This document shows positions 33,010-44,415 of a stretch of DNA of 45,715 nucleotides, in pieces. The first letter of the stretch is position 1; the number at the start of each line of letters is the position of its first letter. The translations under genes were made by a program, and so were the position numbers. The notes under the pieces were generated by a model. The model had not been told where the DNA came from. It saw only the letters and a list, made by a program, of their open reading frames with translations, and ran no database searches. This DNA is from Leidyana gryllorum EB-2025a (lineage: Eukaryota > Protista > Apicomplexa), in assembly GCA_048772705.1 (NCBI GenBank), contig JBLWGC010000025.1:1-45715 (forward strand), read 5' to 3'.

Positions 33010-34240
33010 TCAAGTAGCAAAGAAGTGTGAAACAAGTGTCAAACAACTCGGAAACCAGTGTCAAACAAGGCAGGAACATGTTGCAAACAAGTGTCAAACA
33101 TGTCGCGAAGCAAGGGTCAAACCAAGTTCGCAACAAGTCTCAAACATGTTGCAAACAACTCGCAAACAAGTGTCAAAAGAGTAGCAAACATGTGGCAAAC
33201 AAGTGTGAAACAACTCGCAAACAAGTGTCAAACATGTATCAAACAAGTGTCAAGCATGTGGCAAACACGTGTAAAACAAGTGAGAAGCATGTGTGTAACA
33301 CGTGGCAAACAAGTAGCAAACAAGTGTCAAAGATGTCGCAAACAAGTAAGTAACAAGTGTGAAACATGTGGCAAACATGTAGCAAACAAGTGGCAAACAT
33401 GTGTCAAAGATGTCGCAAACATATCGCAAACAAGTGTCAAACGAGTGTCAAACAAGTGTGAAACATGTGGCAAACATGTAGGAAACAAGTGGCAAACATG
33501 TGTGTAACAAACACGTGGCAAACAAGTAGCAAAACAAGTGTCAAAGATGTGGCAAACATGTCGCAAACAAGTGTCAAACGAGTGTCAAACAAGTGTGAAA
33601 CATGTGGCAAAAAAGTGTTAAACATGTGGCGAAACAAGTGGTTTCAAACAAGTGTGTAAACACGTGGCAAAGAAGTGGCAAACAAGTGCCAAAGATGTGT
33701 CAAACGAGTGTCAAACAAGTGTCAAACGAGTGTGGCAAACGAAAGTGAAACATGTGGCAAACATGTAGGAAACAAGTGGCAAACAAGTGTGTAAAGGCGT
33801 GCCAAAGATGTCGCAAACATGTCGCAAACAAGTGTCAAACGAGTGTCAAACAAGTGTGGAACATGTGGGAAAAAAGTGTTAAACATGTGGTGAACAAGTC
33901 TCAACGGAGTTTCAAACAAGTGTTAAACATGTGGCAAAGAAGTGGCAAACACATGTCAAACGAGTAGTCAAACAAGTGTGAAATATGTGGCAGAAAAGTG
34001 TTTAACATGTGGCGAACAAGCCTCAACTGAGTGTCAAAGAAGTATGAAAGATGTGGCAACGAAGTGGCAAGCAAGTGTAAAGCATGTGGCAAACAAGTTT
34101 CAAAGAAGTATCAAACAAGTAGCAAGCAAGTAGCAAACAAGTAGGAAACAGGTAGCAAACAAGTGTCAAACATGTCGCAAACAAGTCTCGAACATGTTGC
34201 AAAGGGTTATTGAAGGTGCTGCAAAGAGATGTGTAACACA
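33010..34240. repeat. 11-bp tandem array, CAAACA(A/T)GT(GT/GG/CG/AG)
   Basis: Periodicity is directly visible. Confidence 0.95.
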
Positions 34241-34307
34241 AGTATCATCTGGTACAAGTTGCACACTGGTGACGAACTCTGCTTTTTTGAAAAATTTGGT
34301 AAGGGGT

Positions 34308-34470
34308 TAAGGATGACGACATGAAAAATTCCGATGAATTTGTAACGAGATAAGGATGACGACATGAAAAATTCCGATGAATTTGTAACGAGATAAGGAT
34401 GACGACATCAAAAAACACCGATAAACTTGTAACGAGATAAGGGTGACGACATCAAAAAAATGTAATAAAT
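34308..34470. repeat. 43-bp tandem repeat, about 4 copies
   Basis: TAAGG(A/G)TGACGACAT at 34308, 34351, 34394 and 34438. Confidence 0.92.
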
Positions 34471-34727
34471 TTCGCTTAGAGCCACCCAATAACCTCAGTA
34501 GACGAGAAAGACGGTAGGGGAGACTGAGAATTACTCAATGAGATGTTAGCTGGGGCGTCACTGGATGCTGGTTGGGGCAGGTAGCGAATGGGGGTCAGTT
34601 GGCTGGGATTAAAACTGCACAACGGGGAGGTGAGGCTCTGGTCGCAAAGTGGCGAAGCTCCTTGGGGGCGTTCTGGGATGTGTGGGGATGAGGTGTGGGA
34701 ACTTACTTGGTGGGGGAACGTGCCAGA

Positions 34728-36870
34728 CTAGTTTGCCTGTAACCTTTGGTTCGGCGTTTCGGTCGGCTTCGATGGCTGTTGTGACTGCTGTTTGCTTTTG
34801 GATTATGTGGTTTATGTGCTTGTTTATCGCTGCATTGTACTGTGTTTGCGTGTTCGCGAATGTTTAGCTTTCAATTCTCTACACGTTCCGGTTGCTGTAG
34901 CGTGCGCAAGTAAGGTCTGATGTGGTGTGTATTGTGCTAATAAAAGACTGTGACGATATAGCTGTGTTGCTTAGTATGTTGACAGGTATCGTGCTTGTTA
35001 TGTATTGATTTGTGAGACTATATGAGCTGGAGATGTATGATTGTATGAGTGTATGGCGTGTATTTTGGTAACTGTGCTGTGATGTGTAGTATGCTCAGTT
35101 TGCTAAAGTGAATATGGAGCAACTTGGAAGGTTATGTGTGAGTGATATTGGTTTAGATGGTTTGTCTGTTAGGGTGTGAGGGGTCTAGAGTGAGTTAGCG
35201 ATTCGCTCGTTGATTGAGGGAGTATTTGTAGACGTATAAAAGCTTGTAATGCTAGATATAGGGGAATCAATGAGATTCAAGTTGAATTGAGAGTGTTGAG
35301 AAGAATGTCATGAGTCCAATGCGTATCGTGGACATTATGTATTGGAGTGAATGGGAATTTGTAAGAATATGCGGATGGAGTCAAGTTATGCATAGGATTT
35401 GAGTGTTGATTCGGACGATATGAATTTGGCTAATGATAGGTAGGTTAATAGGAGTATATTGACAATTGTGATGTAGTTCGAGGTGTGGTAAGAGGGTGGT
35501 GGTCAGTTGTTTGCTATAAAACATTGAGAGAGTGTATATATGCTAAGAGTTATGAGTATTCGAATTGTTAGTGTACGAGCGGGATGTTAAGGCTGATATG
35601 TAAGTTGAGTAATAGTGTGCGTAAAGAAGTATTGATGGGGTGTGGGGAGCGCCCTTGTCGCTTCGCTCGGGCGCTTCCCCGTACCCATTGTTTCTGTGAG
35701 ATTTATTTATTGATGGAATAGTTAGCAACCTATCGTGAATGTGATAAGTAGAACGAACCAATTGCATCAATCTTGCGTGCAATTGCTCTGGAACGATATG
35801 TACGAGTTCAAACGACTTGTAGAGAAGTGTCATTTAAGTACCTATCAAGTAGCAAAGAAGTGTGAAACAAGTGTCAAACAACTCGGAAACCAGTGTCAAA
35901 CAAGGCTGGAACATGTTGCAAACAAGTGTCAAACATGTCGCGAAGCAAGGGTCAAACAAGTTCGCAACAAGTCTCAACATGTTGCAAACAACTCGCAAAC
36001 AAGTGTCAAAAGAGTAGCAAACATGTGGCAAACAAGTGTGAAACAACTCGCAAACAAGTGTCAAACATGTATCAAACAAGTGTCAAGCATGTGGCAAACA
36101 TGTGTCAAACAAGTGAGAAACATGTGTGTAACACGTGGCAAACAATTAGCAAACAAGTGTCAAAGATGTCGCAAACAAGTAACTAACAAGTGTGAAACAA
36201 GTGGCAAACATGTGTCAAAGATGTCGCAAACATATCGCAAACATATCCTAAACGAGTGTCAAACAGGTGTGAAACATGTGGCAACAAACAAGTGGCAAAC
36301 ATGTGTGTCACACGTGGCAAAAAAGTAGCAAAACAAGTGTCAAAGATGTCGCAAACAAGTGTCAAACGAGTGTCAAACAAGTGTGAAACATGTGGCAAAC
36401 ATGTAGGAAACAAGTGGCAAACGTGTGTGTAACACGTGGCAAACAAGTAGCAAAACAAGTGTCAAAGATGTCGCAAACATGTCGCAAACATGTCGCAAAC
36501 ATGTCGCAAACAAGTGTCAAACGAGTGTCAAACAAGTGTGGAACATGTGGCAAAAAAGTGTTCAACATGTGGCGAACAAGTCTCAACGGAGTTTCAAACA
36601 AGTGTTAAACATGTGGCAAAGAACTGGCAAGCAAGTGTAAAGCATGTGTCAAACGAGTGTCAAACAAGTGTGGAACATGTGGCAAAAAAGTGTTAAACAT
36701 GTGGCGAACAAGTCTCAACGAGAGTTTCAAACAAGTGTTAAACATGTGGCAAAGAATGTGGCAAGCAAGTGTAAAGCATGTGGCAAACAAGTTTCAAACG
36801 AGTGTCAAACAAGTGTGGAACATGTGGGAAAAAAGTGTTAAACATGTGGTGAACAAGTCTCAACGGAGTT
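34728..36870. repeat. Unit 2 of the duplication, including an 11-bp array at ~35845-36865
   Basis: Direct repeat of unit 1 with scattered substitutions and rearranged array monomers. Confidence 0.85.
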
Positions 36871-37172
36871 GGGGCAGGTGAATGGGGGTAGTTGCTGGGA
36901 TAAAAACTGCAATGGGGAGGTGAGCTTGTTGAGATTGGCAAGCTTGGGGGCTTCTGGATTGTGGGGATTATCGGGAAGGTGTTGGGAAAGAAGGTGGCAA
37001 CGAGGTGTGCTTGGGAACATCGGGGGGGAAGAAACAACTTGGGGAAGGTCGTTTGGGCTGATATGTGATTGGCAGACGATCACGAGTAAGCTAAGATTGA
37101 GCGACGATGCTCTCGATGGGTAGTTTGCTAGCGAAGAAATTGAAGTTTGAGTCTCATTTGGTTGCATCGGCT

Positions 37173-37387
37173 TGTCAGAGACGTAGAGAGTGCCTATCTC
37201 TATCTACGGTGAGATTCCCTAATCTGCTGCTATATCGTATATTTAAGGTAAGCGAGAGAGCTAGTCTAGAGCTCCTAATCAAATTCCTATTTCACTAAAA
37301 GTCGTTTCTGGTACCCCCTAAGAACCCCCAAAAAACCTACGGTAATGGTCGGGCTCACCCTTGCGGGTTTCGCCGACCTGCACAACA
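37173..37387 (-). mobile_element. Possible LTR-like insert (215 bp) truncating the helicase
   Basis: TG..CA bounded, TATA-like TAAATATA, and begins where Pif1 similarity stops. No TSD. Confidence 0.35.
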
Positions 37388-40300
37388 GTTAGGCCCCATG
37401 CAAGATCGATAGGGTAGATTCGCTTATTCTTATGTAGCATCGGAGCAACTCGACATAGTTTGTTGCGATTGAGTTTGATCCACAAGTCGTGTTTGAGGGC
37501 TTTATGTAAATGGCCAATGCTTCCATTGGTGTAGCCTTTCTTGACGCTTATGTTGGTGGTTATCATGGTCTTGGCGTTGCGTTTGAGTATGAGTTGCGTC
37601 CACTTGTGTATGGTTCGTTTCGAGTTGGTTCTAGTGGATATTGTCTTGATAGTATATGAGGTTGTTACTTGAATGGGTGTGCCAGGCATATGTTGTACTC
37701 TCATCTTGTTATAGCGTGTCCTTTCTTCATTGTGACGGAATAGAACGAAAGGTAAGGTGTTGAGATCTTTATCAGTGCCTTTGTGAGCATCTACGAACTT
37801 GGTGATGGTGGATTTATCGCCGTGTTGAAGAGCTTCGAGGAAGTTAAGGAGATCTGGATCTCGTCCGTGTCGTACGTTATCGATGAGATCGAACCTTGTA
37901 AAGAGCTTTGTGAAGGATGGATCTTCATCAAGTGGAGTTGCTCTGACAGGTGGGAGCTGATCGAAGTCACCGAAGGCGATAATAGAGATTCCGCCATATG
38001 GTAGGCTCTTGCGAGAATCTGGTTTCGAGTTACCGAGGTTAGTTAACCCTAAGTTTAAGTCGCTTAGAAGCCGTGGCGCCACCATGGATATTTCATCGAT
38101 AAGGATCAATTCGACGTGTGACGCGTTGTTATGGAGTGTATTCCACGAGCGTGATTGTGTAGTGAGTACGCTTCCATGGTTCAAGCCAGCAAAATGATGA
38201 ATGGTTTGGCCGTTGATTAAATAGGCAGCCGTTCCTGTTGGTGCGATGACTTGGCACATGGGCTTGTCGAGGGTTGTCTTGCCCTCATTGGTATCAATGA
38301 CTTGGCAGATATGTCGTATCTTGTTGATGAGGAACGATTTTCCAGTGCCTCCTTTACCATGAATGAGCCATAACAGCTGTGAAGTCCTGCTTGTGTGGAT
38401 CCACTTGTAGAACTCTATGAGTACTCGAAACTGCGAGGTAGTAACGGTTGAGTTGGGGTCGAAGGAAAGGGTAGATTGAAGCTGATTTGTTGCGTCATGG
38501 TCATCGTCGTCATCATTGTCAGAGTCGTCCGAAGTTGGAATGTCGAATCCAGGATTGTTGAAATCGTCGTTGACGTGTTCTGGTTGATCATCTTCGTCAG
38601 GGGCGTTATCATCGTCGGTATCGTAGCAAATGGAATTTGGTTGCCATCGTGGTTCGTATGGCCGTGATTGATGAGCACGTTCAAGGATCTCTTGCTGAGT
38701 TTGCGGTGTGTAATCGTTGAAGCACAAGAGTTGATGGACGTCTCTCCAAGGTAAGAAGTAATAGGCGAGTGATTTGTCGTCGTCAGCTGGGGGTAATGTG
38801 GGTGGGTATTGGCCTGCGACAACTACGGGAGCTTGGCGACGTGTGAGATAAAGTTTCTTAGCCGGTGGAACTGTCATGGGTATGGATCCTGGTTGCCTCT
38901 TCGAAACGACATAGTCTCGCGTGAATTCAAATATGGTTAGAGATTCGAGCATGGAAGGACGATTGGCGTAAATCGTTGGGTATGGTGTAGGTAGTCGAAT
39001 CTTGGTTGCTTCATCAACAGATTGTGGGCGATGTATAGCGACCATGAAGTTGAAAGGCTTGAGATATACTGTGTTCCATGTGGTCGTTACTGGAAAGCGG
39101 CCTTGGCAGGTGAGTGTTGCTTCTTGTAGACTCAGGCGACGTGATAGGTTTAGGTCTTGTGTTTTGAATAGCGCTTGAGTCATTGTGCGAGTGTTATCGA
39201 ACGCATCTTCTTTGAGCAATGTGGGTTCGGACTTAGAGACGTACTTGGTGATATATTGGATTGCTTGGGCGATAGTTGTTACCGGAGAGATGTCCATGTT
39301 AGAGTTGGTGTATGGGAAGATGATGGGGTTGAAGTCGTTGATGTTGGCGTCCATAACACGTCTTTGGGCAAGATAGATAGGGGACGGAAGTGATTGTGCT
39401 ATCAGGCGATAGTAGGTTTCATGATTTGATATTCCGATGAGGGCGAGCCATTGATCGAATGTAAGTTGATCGAATTCCATGTGGGTGAACTCCATTGTTT
39501 TGTATTGGAGTCTTTTTTGCCAACTGTATACGATTGCTCTCGCAGCTCTTCTATCTTTGCTTTCCGTATGTGTTGGCAGTAGGAGTTTGCCTATGGGTGT
39601 AGGGAGTCGTGGAAAGCGCCATTTGCATGTATTGAGGGGTTTGAGATTCTTCTGACAACGTTGATAATGTGTATGGGTTTGAACGCGGCGTATCTCTTCG
39701 TCATCTGTCGATGCGAATATGATTTTGTTGAGGAACGTTTCCCATTCGAGAATTCTCCCCGCGCGTTCGCCCGGCGTGCACAACTCGAGTGGTTTAGGTG
39801 TATTTTTACACCATAGAAGGCAATGGGCGTGAGGAGTACCGCGTACTTGATACTCAATCCTCTCGTAGTGATGGTAGAGGGGGTAGCCGAGCGTAGTGAG
39901 ATGACGATTAAACTCTTGGAGGAGTAGTGGGAAGAGCTGGCCAGCAAACTCAGCAGTCAGTCCATAATCCTTGACGGTTCCGAGAGGAAAATCTTGAAGG
40001 CTATAGTAGTATTGAGTTTCTTGTAGGGTTGGATACTTGAAGAACAAATGGGGATCGGATAGTGAGATGGTAAGGAAGATTGACGGTACCCCAAATTGCG
40101 CAATCATGTTCTGAAGTTGATATCTGGAATTGACGAAATAAGGTGGAAAGGGCGGGATAGTGGCAAGAACGGTGCGAATCATCCGATGGTGTGATACATT
40201 CTTATTATTGCGAACCATGTCAACGAGTTCTCGTACAATTTCTCGGTCGAGTATCTTGCGAGTGGCTGTTGTGGACTCTAAGTGAGGTTCTGGGTCTTCA

Positions 40301-41634
40301 GTGTCAGCTGGTGAAGTGGTTGAGATGTGGCGCTGATGCACTTCTTGATTGATCCAGAATTGCCCTTTCTTGGATACTGTTTCCTTGAGTTTAGCTGCCA
40401 ATAGAGTGAAGACGTATAGGTGGTCGCGAATATATTCTAGACGATAACTAGACAGGCGCTGCTTTATATATGTTGAGAGGTGAAGATTCTTGGGTATGTG
40501 GTGCATCGCGTTATTGGTATTGCGACGCGAAGCGGAAGTTGAGTGCTTGAGCAGTTGTTGATAACTCGTGTTCCCGTTACATGAGTAGAAGAAGTGTGGA
40601 AAGGAGTCGTATTCTATATCGTGAGACGGAGACTTGAAGTAGTATCGTGAAGAAGCGCCAATAGCATGATAGTAGATTTTGTCTTCGAACGGATTGGCCT
40701 GATAGTTGACTTCCGTAGATCCCATGAGTATAGAGGGAGGTTCAGGCGGGGGTGTAGTCTCGAGTGTGGAGCGTTCGATCTGTCCTGTATGAGGAGACGT
40801 TTCAGTGAGCTCGAGCACTGGGAGGTTGTCGGGAAGATCCTGTTGTATGTGGGAGGTCCCGTAGCGGGAATCTCGGAGCGATAGTAGGTTGAACGCGTGA
40901 ATGATGTTTCTACTGTTGAGTTTTCCATAGAAGTGGGGGTGGAAACTGTGTGTGTTGAAGTAAAACTTCGCTGGTATGACTTGGGAGCGTTCAGCCAGTG
41001 GAATGAGCTCGGAGAAGGCGTATAGATCAGTATACTTGTGGTATACGGCTATAGTTGAGTGAATCCCTGAGTAATGCTTCAGCCACACGCAAGGTTGTGC
41101 AAGGGCGATCGCTCGTTTCTCGATCATGGATAAATTGAGAAGGAAGAGGTTGGGTAGTGGATTGATTACGTTGCTTGCACACCGGATGATAGGTTGGGTA
41201 TAGTCAGAGCACGTGCGACAGATGACGAGGAGCTGGGCAATCAATGGGAGTATTTGGTCGATTGACTCTGGTAGTTGATAGGGGAAATGCGGCCGAAGTC
41301 TATGTAGTATCATGAACGTGGGTGTGGGATCGAGACGAATTCTGATAGAATCGGGCAGGTTGGTCCATTGAACGGGTGTCAAGTCGTCCATAGAACATCG
41401 TGAACCGCAATAACTACACGCGAACAACTTGAAAGAGCCGAAATGAAGTGGAGAATCGACTGATTCAAGGATGCCAGCAGTGACCCATGATTGAAGTAAG
41501 GTATTTCTTGCTTGTCGGGTTGTGCTCCACGCATGAGCTTGGTCTTGAAGTGTTGGTGGTTGGATGAGCAATGATTGAACTCTCCAAATGCGTTGTAACT
41601 CTTCGAAAGTTTCATCTTGGAGTAGCCGATTCAT
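37318..41634 (-). CDS. Helitron-like Rep/helicase (HUH endonuclease plus Pif1 SF1B helicase), Helentron/Helitron2-like, C-terminally truncated
   Basis: Rep motifs FLTISLSD, EYQVRGTPHAHCLLW and YITKYVSK, plus HTH..C..C. Helicase motifs GKGGTGKS, APTGTAA, IDEISMV, GDFDQLPPV, TNGSIG and PIDLAWGLT. Confidence 0.92.
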   Translation of the reverse strand: MNRLLQDETFEELQRIWRVQSLLIQPPTLQDQAHAWSTTRQARNTLLQSWVTAGILESVDSPLHFGSFKLFACSYCGSRCSMDDLTPVQWTNLPDSIRIRLDPTPTFMILHRLRPHFPYQLPESIDQILPLIAQLLVICRTCSDYTQPIIRCASNVINPLPNLFLLNLSMIEKRAIALAQPCVWLKHYSGIHSTIAVYHKYTDLYAFSELIPLAERSQVIPAKFYFNTHSFHPHFYGKLNSRNIIHAFNLLSLRDSRYGTSHIQQDLPDNLPVLELTETSPHTGQIERSTLETTPPPEPPSILMGSTEVNYQANPFEDKIYYHAIGASSRYYFKSPSHDIEYDSFPHFFYSCNGNTSYQQLLKHSTSASRRNTNNAMHHIPKNLHLSTYIKQRLSSYRLEYIRDHLYVFTLLAAKLKETVSKKGQFWINQEVHQRHISTTSPADTEDPEPHLESTTATRKILDREIVRELVDMVRNNKNVSHHRMIRTVLATIPPFPPYFVNSRYQLQNMIAQFGVPSIFLTISLSDPHLFFKYPTLQETQYYYSLQDFPLGTVKDYGLTAEFAGQLFPLLLQEFNRHLTTLGYPLYHHYERIEYQVRGTPHAHCLLWCKNTPKPLELCTPGERAGRILEWETFLNKIIFASTDDEEIRRVQTHTHYQRCQKNLKPLNTCKWRFPRLPTPIGKLLLPTHTESKDRRAARAIVYSWQKRLQYKTMEFTHMEFDQLTFDQWLALIGISNHETYYRLIAQSLPSPIYLAQRRVMDANINDFNPIIFPYTNSNMDISPVTTIAQAIQYITKYVSKSEPTLLKEDAFDNTRTMTQALFKTQDLNLSRRLSLQEATLTCQGRFPVTTTWNTVYLKPFNFMVAIHRPQSVDEATKIRLPTPYPTIYANRPSMLESLTIFEFTRDYVVSKRQPGSIPMTVPPAKKLYLTRRQAPVVVAGQYPPTLPPADDDKSLAYYFLPWRDVHQLLCFNDYTPQTQQEILERAHQSRPYEPRWQPNSICYDTDDDNAPDEDDQPEHVNDDFNNPGFDIPTSDDSDNDDDDDHDATNQLQSTLSFDPNSTVTTSQFRVLIEFYKWIHTSRTSQLLWLIHGKGGTGKSFLINKIRHICQVIDTNEGKTTLDKPMCQVIAPTGTAAYLINGQTIHHFAGLNHGSVLTTQSRSWNTLHNNASHVELILIDEISMVAPRLLSDLNLGLTNLGNSKPDSRKSLPYGGISIIAFGDFDQLPPVRATPLDEDPSFTKLFTRFDLIDNVRHGRDPDLLNFLEALQHGDKSTITKFVDAHKGTDKDLNTLPFVLFRHNEERTRYNKMRVQHMPGTPIQVTTSYTIKTISTRTNSKRTIHKWTQLILKRNAKTMITTNISVKKGYTNGSIGHLHKALKHDLWIKLNRNKLCRVAPMLHKNKRIYPIDLAWGLTVVQVGETRKGEPDHYRRFFGGS

Positions 41635-41671
41635 TTGAAGGAACAGTAGTCAAAATTGGGTAAAGAATAGG

Positions 41672-43030
41672 ATGAACACGACATTAGACAGAACACTGTG
41701 GATTGAAGGACAGCTTTTTTGTCAAATATTGATTGTTGCACTCAAATCATCCACTGTTACACAGAAGCTTGTTGAGATGGAAAAGAACACATCAAGTTCG
41801 GATATTCCGCTGGGTTACCTTGCGTTGGAACGGCTGATGGAGCAACGTCGTCGTCAAACTGGAAGAGGGAACGCGAGCGACATGTTGATGCAAACAGCCA
41901 GTCGCGAGAGTGGAGTGGAGGAGCGCCGAGAGGATAGCGCAGTGGTGACGAGTGAGAAGAAGCAACACATGCAGGAAATGATTAATAAGGTGTTGCAAGA
42001 CACGATTTACGTTGGTCGCTCACCTGAGTTTGTTGCTCCTGTTGTGATCTCGTGGTTCTCAGACGTGAGGAAGCACTTATTCTTCGATCAGGGAGATGAT
42101 GTGAAGTCTAAGTTGCGTGATGGTTGTAGGTATCGTCACTACAACACCTTGGAGCGAGCTCTGGAGGAGGTGGCGGAAGCAGCTGAAGTGTTCGATGGAG
42201 TGAGGGGGCGAGTTAACTTGAGTGCTTGGTACTTAATCTCTTCGTGCCAGTACTTCCAAGGGCCAGTGATAGTTGGCACTCAAATCGATTTCCAAGCACT
42301 GTGCATGAACGTGAATGATGTGTTTAAGCCGCGCACGAGTGTGAGGAAATTCGAGTTGAATGATCTCGCTGGATTGCGCAATCATTGGGTGTTCGTTCAC
42401 GTGAGGATCTTGGAGTTCCGGAGAAAGCAGTTAGCCATCAGGATGGGCTTGGATCGACGGCCTGTGCTCGAACCGATGACGGATCGTGACACGGAAGAGC
42501 TAGTTCGGATGGCTGAGGAAGAAGAGAAGAGGGTTGCGAGACGGAGAGCGGAGATGAATGACCGGTTGCGAGAAATCAATATCAGGGAGTCAGAGCTGGG
42601 TCAAGTTGCGAAGCGTGCGAGGACTATAAAGGGGGTGGGGGAAGTTGGTCGTGGACCTTCCGTAGCAAGTAAGCGAGAGGAAGGACCGAGAATCGAGGCG
42701 GCGGATGGGGACTTAAAGGGGGAAATAGAGCAGATGAAGAAAATGATGATGAGTATGGCAAACCGGTTGGAACGAATGGTGATGAAAGAACCTGATGTCG
42801 TTGTTGATCATGAATCATCGATTGAATCAACCCTGATTCAACCGACGTTGCAGCTGGAAGATGTTGCAGGGGGGAACGACGTGTGGCCTCTTGGGGTTCC
42901 TGTGTCAGGTGTGGAAGATCGTGAGATGCCAGAAGGAAAGGTCGGGGCTACTGAGGGAGGTGGAGAGCAGAGTCCAGTAAGGGAGGATGAAGGAGATACA
43001 GATAGAGAGGGAGGAGAAGGTAGCAGTTAG
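41672..43030 (+). CDS. Hypothetical protein (coiled-coil-like region, acidic tail), divergent from RepHel
   Basis: 452-codon open frame with no family I recognise. The start may be 41777. Confidence 0.65.
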   Translation: MNTTLDRTLWIEGQLFCQILIVALKSSTVTQKLVEMEKNTSSSDIPLGYLALERLMEQRRRQTGRGNASDMLMQTASRESGVEERREDSAVVTSEKKQHMQEMINKVLQDTIYVGRSPEFVAPVVISWFSDVRKHLFFDQGDDVKSKLRDGCRYRHYNTLERALEEVAEAAEVFDGVRGRVNLSAWYLISSCQYFQGPVIVGTQIDFQALCMNVNDVFKPRTSVRKFELNDLAGLRNHWVFVHVRILEFRRKQLAIRMGLDRRPVLEPMTDRDTEELVRMAEEEEKRVARRRAEMNDRLREINIRESELGQVAKRARTIKGVGEVGRGPSVASKREEGPRIEAADGDLKGEIEQMKKMMMSMANRLERMVMKEPDVVVDHESSIESTLIQPTLQLEDVAGGNDVWPLGVPVSGVEDREMPEGKVGATEGGGEQSPVREDEGDTDREGGEGSS

Positions 43031-43224
43031 GAGAAGTGTCTTCACGTACCTGATAGGTAGCATGACGGACCGATTGCATCAATATTACGAGTGACTGCTT
43101 GTGAGTAAGATGTAGGACGACAATGGAATGCGTTAATGCGGGGGAGGAGAGAAGAATTGAAAGTAAAGTTGAAAGCTTAGTGGAACAGAATGAAAGTAGT
43201 ATATGGCTTACGAACTACTCGCAG

Positions 43225-44232
43225 AGTAGTCGCAAACAAGCAGCAAACATCTCGCAAAGAACTGGCAAACCAGTCGCAAACACGTGTCAAGAAAGTCGCA
43301 AACAAGTGGGAAACATGTGGCAGACAAGTTTGAAACAAGTGTCAAGTGAGTGCCAAACATGTGGCAAACAAGTAGCAAGTGAGTGGCAAACATGTGTCAA
43401 ACAAGTAGCAAGTGAGTGGCAAAGATGTGGCAAACAAGTAGCAAACATGTGACAAACAAGTGTCAAGTATGTCGAAAACAAGTGCCAAACATGTTGCAAA
43501 CAAGTGGCAGACAAATGGCAAACAAGTGGTAAACAAGTCGCAAACAAGTGTCAAGTATGTGGGAAACAAGTTTGAAACAAGTAGCAAACATGTTGGAAAC
43601 AAGTGGCAAACAAGTCGCAAACAAGTGCCAAGTATGTGGCAAACATGTGTGAAAGAAGTATCAAAAATGGCACGAACATGTGTCAAACAAGTAGCAAATA
43701 TGTTGCGAACAAGTGTCAAGTATGTCGGAAACAAGTGACAAACAAGTATCAAACATGTGATAAACAAGTAGCAAACATGTAGCAAACATGTTGGAAACAA
43801 GTGTCAAGTTTGTCGCTCACAAGTGGCAAACATGTGGCAAACAAGTAGCAAATATGTCGCAAACATGTTGCAAAGGTGTCGCAACAGTGTCGCAAACATG
43901 TGGTAGACAAGTGTCAAACAAGTACCACACATGTCGCAAACATGTGGTAGACAAGTGTGAAAGAGGTAATAAATATGTGACAAACAAGTGACAAACAAGT
44001 ATCAAACATGTGACAAACAAGTAGCAAACATGTGACAAACAAGTAGCAAACATGTTACAAACAAGTGTCAAGTTTGTCGCTCACAACTGTCAAACATGTT
44101 GCAAACAGGTGGCAAACAAGTAGCAAACATGTGACAAACAAGTATCAAACCAGTGGCAAACAAGTAGCAAACATGTGACAAACAAGTAGGAGACACGTGA
44201 CAAACAAGTAGCAAACATGTGCCAAACAAGTA
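43225..44232. repeat. Third 11-bp tandem array (richer in CAAACAAGTAG and CAAACATGTGA)
   Basis: Same monomer family and orientation as arrays 1 and 2. Confidence 0.95.
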
Positions 44233-44415
44233 TTATAGATGTGTAAGACATTAATCATGTCGTACACCGTGTACAAGGGTGCTACAAGTGTGATAGCATT
44301 CTACAGAGATGTGCATCGGGTAGGGAAGAGCCACAGCTTACCGTGTGCGCAGTGTGTGAGGTTTGCGAGGGTTATTGGTGGCATGTTTAGTATGTATTGG
44401 GTTGCTAGAAAAACT

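Larger units (their letters stand above)
31895..34727. repeat. Unit 1 of a direct duplication (probable non-autonomous Helitron-like derivative)
   Basis: 31895-~33400 recurs nearly identically from 34728. Both copies start GA|CTAGTTTGCC. Confidence 0.8.

Noticed and set aside
34308-34470. CRISPR-like array
   Set aside because: The intervening sequences are near-identical rather than unique spacers, there are no cas genes, and the context is eukaryotic.
33027-44071. Many Cys/Lys/Gln-rich short ORFs in the three arrays
   Set aside because: They are translations of the 11-bp repeat in all frames.
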